From Eledone cirrhosa (Eukaryota): a stretch of 64,000 bases of DNA. Shown piece by piece: positions 40,912 to 53,775 of this stretch. Every line of letters begins with the position of its first letter. The stretch's first letter is position 1. Location of the stretch: contig OZ024741.1 in the NCBI GenBank assembly GCA_964016885.1, forward strand, positions 144,212,001 to 144,276,000. Direction: 5' to 3'. The position numbers were made by a program, and so were the translations under genes. Under the pieces are notes generated by a model. That model saw only the letters and a list, made by a program, of their open reading frames with translations. It searched no databases and was not told the DNA's origin.

Positions 40912-42355
40912 ATGTGACTTGGTTGACCTTTTCATCTTAGACATATTACGTGTTAGATTCCCGGACTGCCACACAGGAATATACCGTGACGATGGGCTGA
41001 CCTTATCGAGCCATAAAAGTGGTCACCACCTGGACCGGTTTAAAAAAGACTTAGCTTCTATCTTCAATGAGTTAGGCCTTAGGATAACAGTAGCTACCAA
41101 CCTCTCTAGCGTAGATTTCTTAGATATTAATTTAGACCTTCGCACACACACCCACACACCCTTCCATAAGCTAAACGAAAAACTTAATTACATTCACAAG
41201 GACTCATGCCACCCTCCCACTGTTTTTAGAAACTTCGTTAAGAATATCAGTACTAGAATCTCCAACCTCTCCTCTAATAACGCTATCTTTGACAGGGCGG
41301 CACCCTACTATAACACGGCGTTAGCTAACAGCGGCTTCTTGCAACCTATCACTCACTCTCCCACTAACAACAACAGCAATAAGAAAAGAAAGCGTAACAA
41401 TAGACAAACTATCTGGTTCTCTCCTCCCTTCTCACTCAACGTTTAAACCAATGTAGGCAAAACATTTCTAGCCCTCTTAGATAGACACTTTCCCATTGGT
41501 CATAAATACCGCTCCATCTTTAACCGACACAAAGTTAAACTAGGATACTCCTGCGCTAAGAACATGAAGGCCCACATCACCAGCAGCCCTAGGAGCAACA
41601 CCCCACCAGGGTGCTCTTGCCGTAAGCCTGAAACTTGTGCCCTTCAACAGCAATGCAACACACCAGCTGTAATCTATGAAGCTGTGGTCACTTCCAACCG
41701 ACCAAACGAACCACAGGAGGTCAAATCCTATGTGGGCATGGCGAAGGGCCGATTCAAGGAGCGTTTCCTGAACCACCAGTCTACCTTCAGATACCCGGAC
41801 AGACGTTCATCCACGAAACTCGCGAGCCACGTATGGTCCCTCAAGGACTCAAGTATAGGCTACTCCATTCAATGGAAAGACATCACTAAGTCCAAACCAT
41901 AAGCAAGGGGAAATCCGACGTGTGGCTTATGTATTGACGAACGAATAACTATATTAAAGAGATTACGCAATAGTGATTGCCCAAACACGAGGAGTGAATT
42001 TTTCACACGTTGTCCACACGTCACCAAACATCTATTGCATAACTACAAGGCTCCGGACTGATTCTTTGTAATTTTATTTTTAATTTTTAAAAATTTTATT
42101 TTCAACCTAAAAACTTTCCAGACTTTCGCAGGCAGTCTAGTATTGCCTGTGTGAAGTGACCGAATTTCTGCGCATGCGCGTTCGTACGGTTGTCCTTCCT
42201 GTTCCTATAACCATACACATCCCGAGCTGAAGATCCGCTAAGGTGAAACAATTGTTCTCGGTATGGTGAACTAACTGTTGTGTAACCACTTCTACCTAAC
42301 TCGTCCCTTGGACTGAGTGCTCTACCACTACGGATATTACCTTCCAGTGTTCCAC

Positions 42356-42360
<5 letters not shown>
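40912..42360 (+). mobile_element. 5'-truncated Naiad-type PLE in (TA)n
   Basis: GIYRDDGL, VDFLDI, SCHPP, IWFSPPFS, CSCRKPETCAL..C..VIYEA..YVG...FKERF.NH and CGLC..E are present; the 3' UTR has a hammerhead. Confidence 0.9.
42222..42261 (+). ncRNA. Minimal type I hammerhead ribozyme, family C
   Basis: ccgag CTGAAGA tccgctaaggt GAAA caattg TT ctcgg; stem I can be extended by accata/tatggt. Confidence 0.8.
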
Positions 42361-42428
<68 letters not shown>

Positions 42429-42523
42429 AAAAGTGACGGATGAGCTCCGGCCGTTTCGACAGCTAGATCCGAACTGGCTTAGTTACATATATATATATAT
42501 ATATATATAAATATATATATAGA

Positions 42524-42889
<366 letters not shown>

Positions 42890-43427
42890 CATGAGAAGAA
42901 AGAATACTGCGTGGTTGCACATGGGTTACATATGATAAAAATAGTCCTTCGTCAGTGATTTTCCAACCTTCATTGGTATTTCATCGCTTTAAAAATCATA
43001 TACCTCCGGTTGGTGCGAGCAATAGCTAAATAAAGCTATTGGGACAAGTAAATCGCGTAAAGCGGGCGAGACAAGTGAACAAACAAGAAGGATTGATAGC
43101 AACGCAAAGATAGGAAAAAACAAGCAACATGGTTATCCGGTCAGCTTAAGCTGGGTGAATTTCATGAGCGAGCGTAATACAGACCATCCGACGTGAGTGA
43201 GATGTGAGCAAGAAGAGAACCCACATAGGCCAAACGGGAGGAAGTGAGAAGGGGAGAAACAGAGAGTGAGTGAGTGGAAGTGGCCAGTCGAGAGAAAGTG
43301 TAACTGACAGAGGGGGCGAAAGAAGGTGAGCGAAACAGAGAGAGCGGGGAAGCAGTAAGAGAGAAACAGACAAACGCAGCCGAGGTAAATATATATAAAA
43401 ACACGAGAAGAAAGAATACTGCGTGGT

Positions 43428-43461
<34 letters not shown>

Positions 43462-43474
43462 TATATATATATAT

Positions 43475-44030
43475 ACGTTATTCCGAGTTGAATCGGAGGT
43501 AACCACAGTAAGTAAGGTACTCAATACATAGCAGAGTATAAAAGTTTTAATATAGATGAGATTCTACAGGACTAGAACGGTTTCATTCTTTACAAATCCT
43601 CAGGAATCTGGGTATCAAAAAATAAATATGGTATTTATAGGCCTCTTCAGGTGGTAGGAGAGGGTAGGGGTAGAGGTCATTGGTTGATAGAAAAGGGAAT
43701 TCATTAAAAGCTAATTCTTTAAAGCTATAATTTATATTTAGAGTAACAAAGGCAGAAAGAATTCTATAAACAAGTTCAGAATGGGGTGCCACTCCTTATT
43801 TTTAAGTTTCTCTTAAACTAACAATGCCTATATTTCAGGTATCTATAAGATCGATGGGGGTCAGTCATGGTTGATAGATTTAAAGAAAAGGGAAATTCTT
43901 TAAAATCTAATTCTTTAAGGTTCTACTTAGAATGACAAAGGCCTAGAGAATTCTATAGACCAGTTCAAAATATTGAGTGAATATCATACCATTATCCTCA
44001 AGTTTCTCTTAAACTATATTCCAAATGTCA
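43475..44030 (-). mobile_element. 3' UTR/pLTR of the Naiad family at 49040-51634
   Basis: 43475-43612 matches 51352-51490; 43545-43676 is the reverse complement of 51495-51634. Confidence 0.85.
43560..43608 (-). ncRNA. Type I hammerhead ribozyme, family D
   Basis: gattc CTGAGGA tttg taaa gaat GAAA ccg..ctg TA gaatc, with slightly mispaired stems. Confidence 0.65.
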
Positions 44031-44117
44031 ACAGACACATTCACAGACACACACACTCACACGCACACACACGCGCACACCCCACACACATACATATATA
44101 CATATATATACATATAT

Positions 44118-44189
<72 letters not shown>

Positions 44190-44299
44190 CGAAGGAAATG
44201 TGGTAAGGAACCAGGTGGACCATAACGCACCAAAGTACTCAATACTTAGGGTAGTAGAGTGGGTAATAGGAACGAGTAGGACCCCCTATATATATATAT

Positions 44300-44362
<63 letters not shown>

Positions 44363-44462
44363 CACATACACACACACATATACATATATATACATATATA
44401 TATATATATACATACACACACACATATAGATATATATACATATATATATATATATACACACA

Positions 44463-44580
<118 letters not shown>

Positions 44581-44639
44581 TATATATATATATACACACA
44601 TACACACATACATACATACATACATACATACATACACAG

Positions 44640-44728
<89 letters not shown>

Positions 44729-44843
44729 TATACATATATATATATATAAATGGAATAGAATGAAACGAAATTTCATTTCTCACTATTAGTACGGCACTTA
44801 CCTAAATGTAAGTATGCATGTATGTATACGTACATACATATAC

Positions 44844-45076
44844 GTATACAGACGTACAGTAGTATGTATATATATACATACACGCACACACACATATATG
44901 CACGTATCGGTTTACCGAACATTTATTATAATGCTCGGTTTGTTTGTTTGTAAACAAACTAGAACAATGTACTAGAACAAACCGAGCATTATAGTAAATG
45001 TTCGGTAAACCGATACGTGCATATATGTGTGTGTGCGTGTATGTATATATATACATACTACTGTACGTCTGTATAC
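44844..45076. repeat. ~230-bp palindrome of a dispersed repeat (single-arm copy at 59935-60075)
   Basis: Arms gtatacagacgtacag...gctcggtttg / caaaccgagc...ctgtacgtctgtatac. Confidence 0.85.
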
Positions 45077-45105
45077 ATATATATATATGTACGTATACAC
45101 ATATA

Positions 45106-45209
<104 letters not shown>

Positions 45210-45288
45210 TATACATATATACATACATATACACACACATATATATATATACATATATATGTATATATATATACATATATATATATAC

Positions 45289-45339
<51 letters not shown>

Positions 45340-45509
45340 TATACATATATACATACATATACACACACATATATATATATACACATATATATATACATAT
45401 TCATATATATATATACATATATACATATACATATATACATACATATACAAATATATATATATATATATATACACATATATATATATATACACATACATAT
45501 ATATATATT

Positions 45510-45541
<32 letters not shown>

Positions 45542-45559
45542 TACATACACACACACACC

Positions 45560-45647
<88 letters not shown>

Positions 45648-45659
45648 CATATATATATA

Positions 45660-48600
45660 CAACTGGACATCGCAAGCTACTACTCCTAAATCTCACCCAT
45701 AGTACTCAATAAGGCCCTATTTTTAGCGATGTCCAATACGGACCTAACCCGAGAGGAGGTGAGCATCATCCACGCCGCTAAAAAGACCTTAATCCGTTTC
45801 GATGGAGACCTTTGGACCAGGAGTGATTGGCCAAATAACTTTGACATCACGATGGGCTCCAGCGACTCAGCACAGGTAACGGACCTGGTTGGGCTCTACC
45901 TGATGAAGCAGATAAAAGATGAAATCCCCTGCCTGGGCGGCGGATTATATCGTGACAGTATATGACCACAGCACCAATATGTTGGAGGGAATGAGGAGGC
46001 GTATTCGCCATTTCTTTAAGAACCAGGGGCTCAGTATAGAACTAGACCCAAATAGGAAGGTAGTTAACTTCCTAGACACCACCCTAAACCTGAACACCGA
46101 ACAATACTACCCCTACCACAAGCCCAACGAGAAACTCGTATATGTTAACGCCAAATCAAACCACCCTAGATCCATAACCAAGGCAGTGGTGAAGAGTGTC
46201 TCGGACAGGATCTCCAGCCTGTCCGCAAGTAAGGAAATATTCGATAACTACGCGGAATATTACAACGCAGCTCTAAATAAGGCGGCACATGGCCAAAATA
46301 TAACATATAGTCCGAAACGCCGGGATGGGGATGGCCCAACGGACACCCACACCTGCGTTGCCCCGGGGGGGGGGGGCGAACCCTAACAATACAGGCAGAG
46401 CAGAAACAAATAGGCACCATGTGTCCGACACCACCACACGGGCGCTGGTGACTAGTACACTTAACCATGAGATGAAACCCAATATGAGTAGCAGTCTCAG
46501 GGGTGACGATAACCACTCCAGGAACGACGACCCCATCGACAGGACACGCGGGGGGGGGGGGGACCACCCCTCGATTGATCTCCCAGAGCGGGCAACGACC
46601 ACCCCACAGATTCGGGCCGTGAAGATAACAAAAAGCATAGCGCCCAAAGGGGAAGCAACAGTGCGGGAACCACCAGCAACCCAACACATCTCCAACAAAT
46701 CACGACGCTCCCGACCCACACATATAGGAGGATACACAGAAAAATCAAGTGGTACAACCCACCCTACTCAGCGGCCCTAAAGAACAGCTTAGCCCAATCA
46801 TTCTTTGGAGCACTTAATAAATGCTTCCCGAGGGACCATAGATACCACAGGATCTTCAACAGACACACTGTGAAGCTCTCGTATTCCACCACGAGAAATC
46901 TGGCCCAACACATAGCTAGCATCAACAGGAGTAGGCTTAAAACCACACACAACCAGAAGATAGCAATACAAGCACTCAGCAGAACCATGTGAAAGGAGGG
47001 AAGGGGGGACCCAGAGCCCACCCAAGAAACCCAAACAGACCCGGGGACCCCCAACCGTGCCTGGGGGAAGACCACCATGTAACACCTAACGGGAACCCCA
47101 ATCTAGGCACGCAGAGGTCGACTACCCTCTGCAACTGCAGAAACCCCGAATCATGCCCCCTTGGTAATGAATGCCTTAAGAAGAACCTAGTATACGGTTG
47201 TAGGGTTAAAACCCCCCACTCCGAACACCTCTACATAGGAGCCACATCAACGAGCTTTAAAGACCGCTGGTACAACCATCGCCATTCATTTAATAAGGAG
47301 GCCAAAAGGAAAAGCATGGCTCTCTCCGACCTGATCTGGAAGCTTAAGCTGGACAGGACCCCGTACTCTCTGGCCTGGTACATAATCAGGAAAGTACCAC
47401 CCGATAAAGGGGGATCTTGCATATGCAAACTATGCCTGAACGAGACCTTCGAGATACTAAGAGGTGGAAGCGGCCTGATAAACCTCAGAACCGACTTCTT
47501 CGGGACATGCAGACACCTTAGAGCCGGAACCTTCCTCAAGATATATGGACAGTAGCAACACAAGAAGATGTGAACTCCCCTCAAGCTATAGGGACTTATC
47601 CAGAACATGTAGACACCTCTCGGCCAGACCTCCCTCAAGCTATATGGGCAGTAACAACACCCTAGGTTGAGAACTCCCCTCAAGCCATAGGGACCAACCC
47701 AGGCTGAGCAGACACCATGATAGCCTAGAGATAGAATCGGACACAGCCATTATAATTTGGCCAACATCTATATAACACAAACACATTTTAATTTACTTGA
47801 TTTCTGATTTTCAATTTTCAATTTTAACCTTGATTTCTCTTTATTAATTTGTTATTTGTTTTCTGTCCTCTTCACTGTATCACCTTATATTTATTTTTAA
47901 GTTGAGATCGATTATAACACAAACACATTTTGTTTGATTATCTTATTCTTTTATTATTTTAACATCTTGTTCCTCATACCAATCTATCCAACATATTTCT
48001 GACCTTGAGATTGGTTATAGCACACACGCACTTTATCCTACTTTATTTGAATCTTCATTTTATTTTTCACTTCTCCATATTCATTTTCATTACTTTTTCA
48101 CCAATTTCTCATTTATTCTTTATTCTCTATGTATTATTTATTTTCTGTTTTCTTCATTTATTACCTTATATTTCTTCATATACATGGAAGAACCCCCCCC
48201 CCCCCACTGAAAAAACACACACAGATACTTCTAAATTGTCAGCAGCAGCAAGACATAAGCTGACCACAACACCAACAACACTACCGAAATAAGGGTGGAG
48301 GTCAAATGTACTTAACAATAGCAAACACAAACACTACAGGGAGCCTCACCACAATGGGAAATTTGACATTTTTTTGTTATTTTGTTCCTTTACCACCTTG
48401 TTCCTTCTACCACTTTATCAATTTTTTAAGCTAACTCCAACAATGACAACACTACCAACACAAGAATTGAGGTCAGATGTACATAACAATAACAAGAACA
48501 ACAACTACAGATTGGCTTGCCTCAGAACGAATTTCTATAGACTTTTGAATGAGGAATGTTCTAACAACTGACCAATGAGAGGAGAAGAGGCCCATTTGAC

Positions 48601-48850
48601 ACTGAAATTCGTTTGTTTGAATTCATATGATTCCAGTTCCTCAGTGAAATAACAACCCAACCAGGAACTGGGCATATCAGAGTATTGACAAAATTATACA
48701 CCTCAACAACATATGTACTTGTCTATACCACACTAATTCGGACTGCCTGAAGAGGTCACAGCCAAAGATGGCTGTCACCGAAATATATATAGCAGTAATA
48801 AACGAAGCTAAATTTTAAACATTTGACTTATTTATTTTACTTTATTTTAC
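45660..48850 (+). mobile_element. 5'-truncated Naiad-type PLE with expanded linker and long 3' UTR
   Basis: FDITMGSSDSAQVTDLVG, VNFLD, SNHP, WYNPPYS, CNCRNPESCPLGNECLKKNLVY..YIG..FKDRWYNH, CKLCLNE and CRH are present. Confidence 0.88.
48742..48796 (+). ncRNA. Type I hammerhead ribozyme, family E
   Basis: actgc CTGAAGA ggt c acagcca aaga tggctgt c acc GAAA tatata TA gcagt. Confidence 0.9.
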
Positions 48851-48884
<34 letters not shown>

Positions 48885-49149
48885 GTATATATATACATAT
48901 ATATATACACATATACATACCCCCCCACACACACACATACAGACACACACATATATATATATATATGTATATATACAAATAAGTACTCATAAATATACGC
49001 ATATACACAGGCACATAAAAACAGCTCTACAGGCAGAAAATGCAGATAGGTAAGAGGTACTCACATAACCATAGTGGCCGTATTTCAGGTTGAGGAGGGG
49101 TGGGGTGGGGTGGGAAGGAGGTAAAGGGGCTAAAAGGGGGAAGTCGTTT

Positions 49150-51306
49150 TTAGCCATCGGGCATTAACACTGGCTTAAGGTATTTGAAAGTTGCAAAGTT
49201 CTTGTTCATGCAGTTCGAGCAGTGTTCAGAGAGTTTGTTCAGTAGCGGGCCCTTGGTGAATAAAATTTCATAGCTCTCTGAGATACAAAGGTCGCAGCCC
49301 TTGTGTCCTCCGTTGTAAGAGCGCGCTTTCTGGAGTATTTTCCATTTAAGCGTGGGGGGGAGGGGAGTTCCTTTTGAGGTCCCAAACATAGGAGGCGAGT
49401 GTTGTCTGGTTTGATTTGTCCGGTCTTCTGAAGGAGTGGGTATGGGCATACCAACGGGTCTTAAAGTTATTGGAAGTCATGCCGATGTAAGTCTTTTTGT
49501 TACTGCAATCATCGGTGCCTGAGATGATATCGCATTTGTATACGATATCATTTGTCAGGCATTTGTTTTCAAGTGGCAGGCTTCCTTATTTAGGCAATTA
49601 CACAAGGCCCCAGTCCGGGGATTGGGTTCGGAGGTGGCTGGCTTATTTAATTTTTTAGAATTGTGGTTGGCTATATTCCTAGCTAAGTTAGGTGTGGTGA
49701 AGTAGGAGAGTCTTATTGTGTTCTTATTAAAGATGGTGTAGTACCTATGTTGTATGGGGAAGTGTGTTTTCAGCAAAGTGAAGAAAATCCTAGCTATCGG
49801 TGTAGAGACCTCTCTATTGAAGGGAGGGTTGTACCAGCTAATCTGCCTATGCCTATTCCTCCTCTGCAATCTTGCGGTGGTTTCTAGGTAGGTTATCTTT
49901 TCTTTAAATCCGCTGCGGGCGAGGGCGTCATTGTAGTAGGAGGCAGAGGCGTTAAAAATATCTTCGTTGGCAGAGAGGTCAGAGATTCTAGTAGATACGC
50001 TTTTTACTAAGTTATCAGCGATGATTTTGGGGTGGTTAGAATTAAAATTAACATTAATATATCTAAGGGACTCGTTATGTTTATGGTATGAGTAATAGAG
50101 GGAAGTATCTAGGTCGAGAGTGACATCTAAGAAGTTGGCCCTAGTCATATTAGATTCTATAGTTATACTAAATCCTAGATTAGAGAAGAACGAGCTTAAG
50201 TTTCTCCGAAACCCATCGGTGGTTCTGGGGTTAACCTTGTGCAGGGCGAAGAGGCCCTCGTCTCGGTATAAACCTCCGGTTAGACCGGTAAAGAGGTTCT
50301 TCAGGTGATGTAAAATGTACAAACCCACAAGGTCGCTAATTTCAGCCGAGTCACTCGCTCCCATGCTGACGTCAAATGGGGTCTGAGACTTCTTGTTGAT
50401 CCAGTAAGATCCATCGTGGTATAGAAAGGTCTTATGGGCGTGGAGGATAACAACTTTCTCAGCATCGGTAATGGTGGTAACATTCCTGGCAAAGGTAATT
50501 GCGTCCTTCAGGAGAGGCTCCGAGATAGAAGCATAGTAGTTTTCTATGTCGAGTTGCAGGAAGCGAGTGTGGCGTTTGTCTGGTAATTCTTGGAACCAGG
50601 ATATTGCCTCAGATGTTCTGCTCCAGAGTGGGAGTGGTGAGGCAACCCGCAATGATGGTAGAACTCTATCTAGGATCTTCTTACTGATAGAGCCGATGTC
50701 TGAACGAGTGGGGTTGAAAAGTCTGACTGATGGTTTGTTGAGGAAGTTTCCCTTATGGTCCTTCAGGGTAAAGTGCGGGGTCTTTACCCTTAAAGGTTCG
50801 GTTCGGTCATGTAATTTAAGGGACTTGGCGATTTCTTTTCCAGTCGCGTTTGTCTCAGTCAATGCCATCTCTATTACTTTTTTGTAGGTGGTCGTGGTGG
50901 CATTTTTTGCCACCTTATTGTAGGTCTGTGGGTCTACCTCATAAACGTTTTTGGTTTTATCGGAGGAGACATGAAGATTAGGGGATTTTTTTATATTCCG
51001 CAATTCAGTATTTAAGTAGGCCTGGAATGGTGTGGTGGCTCTACGGAATTTGATATCTTTGATCATCTTGAAGAGGTCTTCTTCAAATGGTTCAAGTAGG
51101 CTGTTGGTGGGTGGTGCCTTATTCGTTTTGAAGCCGAACTTCTCATCATTGGTAGATGCTACATCAGGGTTATCGAGGAAGAAGGCTCTCCATCTAATTG
51201 GCTTGATGAACTCGTCGGTACGTCTGATGAGTGTTTTTAGGTATAGTTTACTTGGAGGGATGGGGATGTTCTTTATGGAGACATCAAGGTCGAGTTTGGT
51301 CAGCAT
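49150..51306 (-). pseudogene. Naiad RT + GIY-YIG polyprotein, inactivated
   Basis: ATG at about 51306 (MLTKLDLDVSIKNIP). YRDD has become YRDE and there are frameshifts after CNCLNKEAC. Confidence 0.85.
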
Positions 51307-51437
51307 AGTTTCTTGATGATGGTTATAAGGGGCACAGAGAGTGCTAAAAGGTACGTTATTCCGGGTTGAATCGGAGGTAACCACAGTAAGTAAGGTACTC
51401 AATACATAGCAGAGTATAAAAGTTTTAATATAGATGA

Positions 51438-51486
51438 GATTCTACAGGACTAGAACTGTTTCATTCTTTAGAAATCATCAGGAATC
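51438..51486 (-). ncRNA. Type I hammerhead ribozyme, family D (5' pLTR)
   Basis: gattc CTGATGA tttc taaa gaat GAA acag ttctagtc ctgt A gaatc. A mutated plus-strand copy lies at 51569-51617. Confidence 0.82.
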
Positions 51487-51639
51487 TGGGTCTCTACCCA
51501 TCCCACCCCCTACCCTCTCCTACCACCTGAAGAGGCCTATAAATACCATATTTATTTTTTGATACCCAGATTCATGAGGATTTCTAAAGCACGAAACAGT
51601 TCTAGTCCTGTAGAATCTCATCTATATTAAAACTATATA

Positions 51640-52340
51640 TATATATCTTTAAGTCGTTTGGAAGCCTCGACAATGCAAATGGGTAAATCTCCGGGTAACA
51701 AGGTCCGGTGGTGGAGAGAGAGATGTAAGTGGGTGTACGTTGAGATGCGTGGTGTGTATAAGATGTGTGAGATGTGTAGAATGAAGGGAAGAGTATAAAG
51801 GATAAAAATAAAAATAAAAATAACAACACAAGAGAGAGTTACCTTGGGAGAGATTTAATAGTCCCTATATATTTCGGATTCACATCCATCAACTGGGGGT
51901 TTTTTCCGGGGTGGGGGAAAAGGTTGTCTGTCGGACAACTCGGAACGCGTCTTTCATTGTTTGTTGATTTGAATATCTGAGGTATTCGGCAGAGCGCGCG
52001 TGCGCGTGAAATGGGGTCGGTCGTATAGAGGTCAGCGGCCGAATGAGGGAGTGGGATGGCGCTAGTTGTCAGTCCATTCTCTGCCTGTTTGTTAAATGTT
52101 ACTGTGTGTGTGTGTGTGCGTGTGTAGTTGTCTCGCTTGAGTGTGTGTGTGTGTGCGTGTGTGTGTGTAGTTGTCTCGTTTGCGTGTGTGTGTGTGTGTG
52201 CGTGTGTTGTGTGTTGTTGCATCGCTTGTTAACTTAAACCAGCCATTTCATTTCGCTTCTCTCTGATCGGTTGTTTATTTGCGGTTGCAGTCGTTTGATA
52301 AAAAGCGCTTCCTTGATACGTAACGTGCCGACGTTTCTTT
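51640..52340 (-). mobile_element. PLE 3' fragment (GIY-YIG C-terminus plus 3' UTR)
   Basis: [19 protein letters not shown], flanked by (TA)n. Confidence 0.75.
51863..51898 (-). ncRNA. Decayed minimal hammerhead
   Basis: ccc CAGTTGA t ggat gtga atcc GAAA tata TA ggg, with two core substitutions. Confidence 0.5.
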
Positions 52341-52374
52341 CATATATATATATATTTATATATATATATATATG

Positions 52375-52405
<31 letters not shown>

Positions 52406-52418
52406 GTATATGTATATG

Positions 52419-52509
<91 letters not shown>

Positions 52510-52516
52510 GTATATA

Positions 52517-52587
<71 letters not shown>

Positions 52588-52661
52588 ATATGTGTATATA
52601 TGTGTATATATATGTATATGCATATATATATAGATATATATGCATATATATAAATATATAT

Positions 52662-52725
<64 letters not shown>

Positions 52726-52788
52726 ATATGTATATATGTATATATGTATATATATATGTGTGTATATATATGTATATATATGTATATA

Positions 52789-52824
<36 letters not shown>

Positions 52825-52854
52825 TGTATGTATGTATGTATGTATGTATGTATG

Positions 52855-52889
<35 letters not shown>

Positions 52890-52893
<4 letters not shown>

Positions 52894-53420
52894 TTGAGTT
52901 CTTATACACGTGGTTAATACCTAACAGGTTTAAATGACCAGCGTGTATGTTGTTTTATTTTAAGATGACCTCCCTTTACCCTTTTGGGGACAGCGTGTAT
53001 TTTATCTTTGGGAGGACTGCTGGATTTTCTAATCTACCAGTCTCTTCTTAGCGCTGAGGGAGACCATCACCATTCTATTAATGTCGATATATTTCTAATA
53101 TCGATATTATTTGGGCATCCACTGATGAGTTTATAAGAGCCCGCTTGTGTATAAAACTATGGATTATATACAAGTTTCTACATAACCTGGAAATTATTTA
53201 TCCCAAATTGTAGAAATCTTATAACGAAACGGCCGTCTGGAAGGAAAGAGATATTTATTTAATAATGTCTCATATAAAATAATACAACCAGCTATCCACG
53301 CAATACTGATTAGTTAGCACCCCAAACACTAAATTGGGATTATACTTAGGTATACCCTAATGTTTGTTGAGTGAGATGGAGTTGGTCGGAGTATCGCTTA
53401 AGGCTTTCTCTGTTTATGTA
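52890..53420 (+). mobile_element. ORF-less pLTR/retrozyme-like unit between (TA)n tracts
   Basis: Contains an intact hammerhead and a degenerate downstream hairpin. Confidence 0.6.
53118..53241 (+). ncRNA. Type I hammerhead ribozyme with long branched stem II, family F
   Basis: tcca CTGATGA gtt tataaga [two hairpins] tcttata ac GAAA cggccg TC tgga. Confidence 0.85.
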
Positions 53421-53434
53421 TTGTATATATATAT

Positions 53435-53675
<241 letters not shown>

Positions 53676-53682
53676 TATATAC

Positions 53683-53774
<92 letters not shown>

Positions 53775-53775
<1 letters not shown>

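Larger units (their letters stand above)
49040..51634 (-). mobile_element. Naiad-type PLE with complete but mutated ORF, 5' pLTR and inverted pLTR
   Basis: N-terminal SIKNIPIP..RWRAFF; RT motifs LDIENYY, MGASDSAE and YRDE; CNC..C linker; GIY-YIG at 49150-49555 with frameshifts. Inverted repeat 51418-51491 / 51564-51634. Confidence 0.92.

Noticed and set aside
42885-43430. Hammerhead in the repeat bearing the direct repeat gagaagaaagaatactgcgtggtt
   Set aside because: CTGACGA is present on the minus strand, but there is no matching stem II/GAAA/stem I.
49150-51402. Selenoprotein-type Naiad (in-frame UGA at Cys plus SECIS)
   Set aside because: Conserved Cys codons are TGY in all three Naiads. 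The TGA at 49555 results from a 1-bp frameshift, the other stops I checked are TAA, and I recognised no SECIS.
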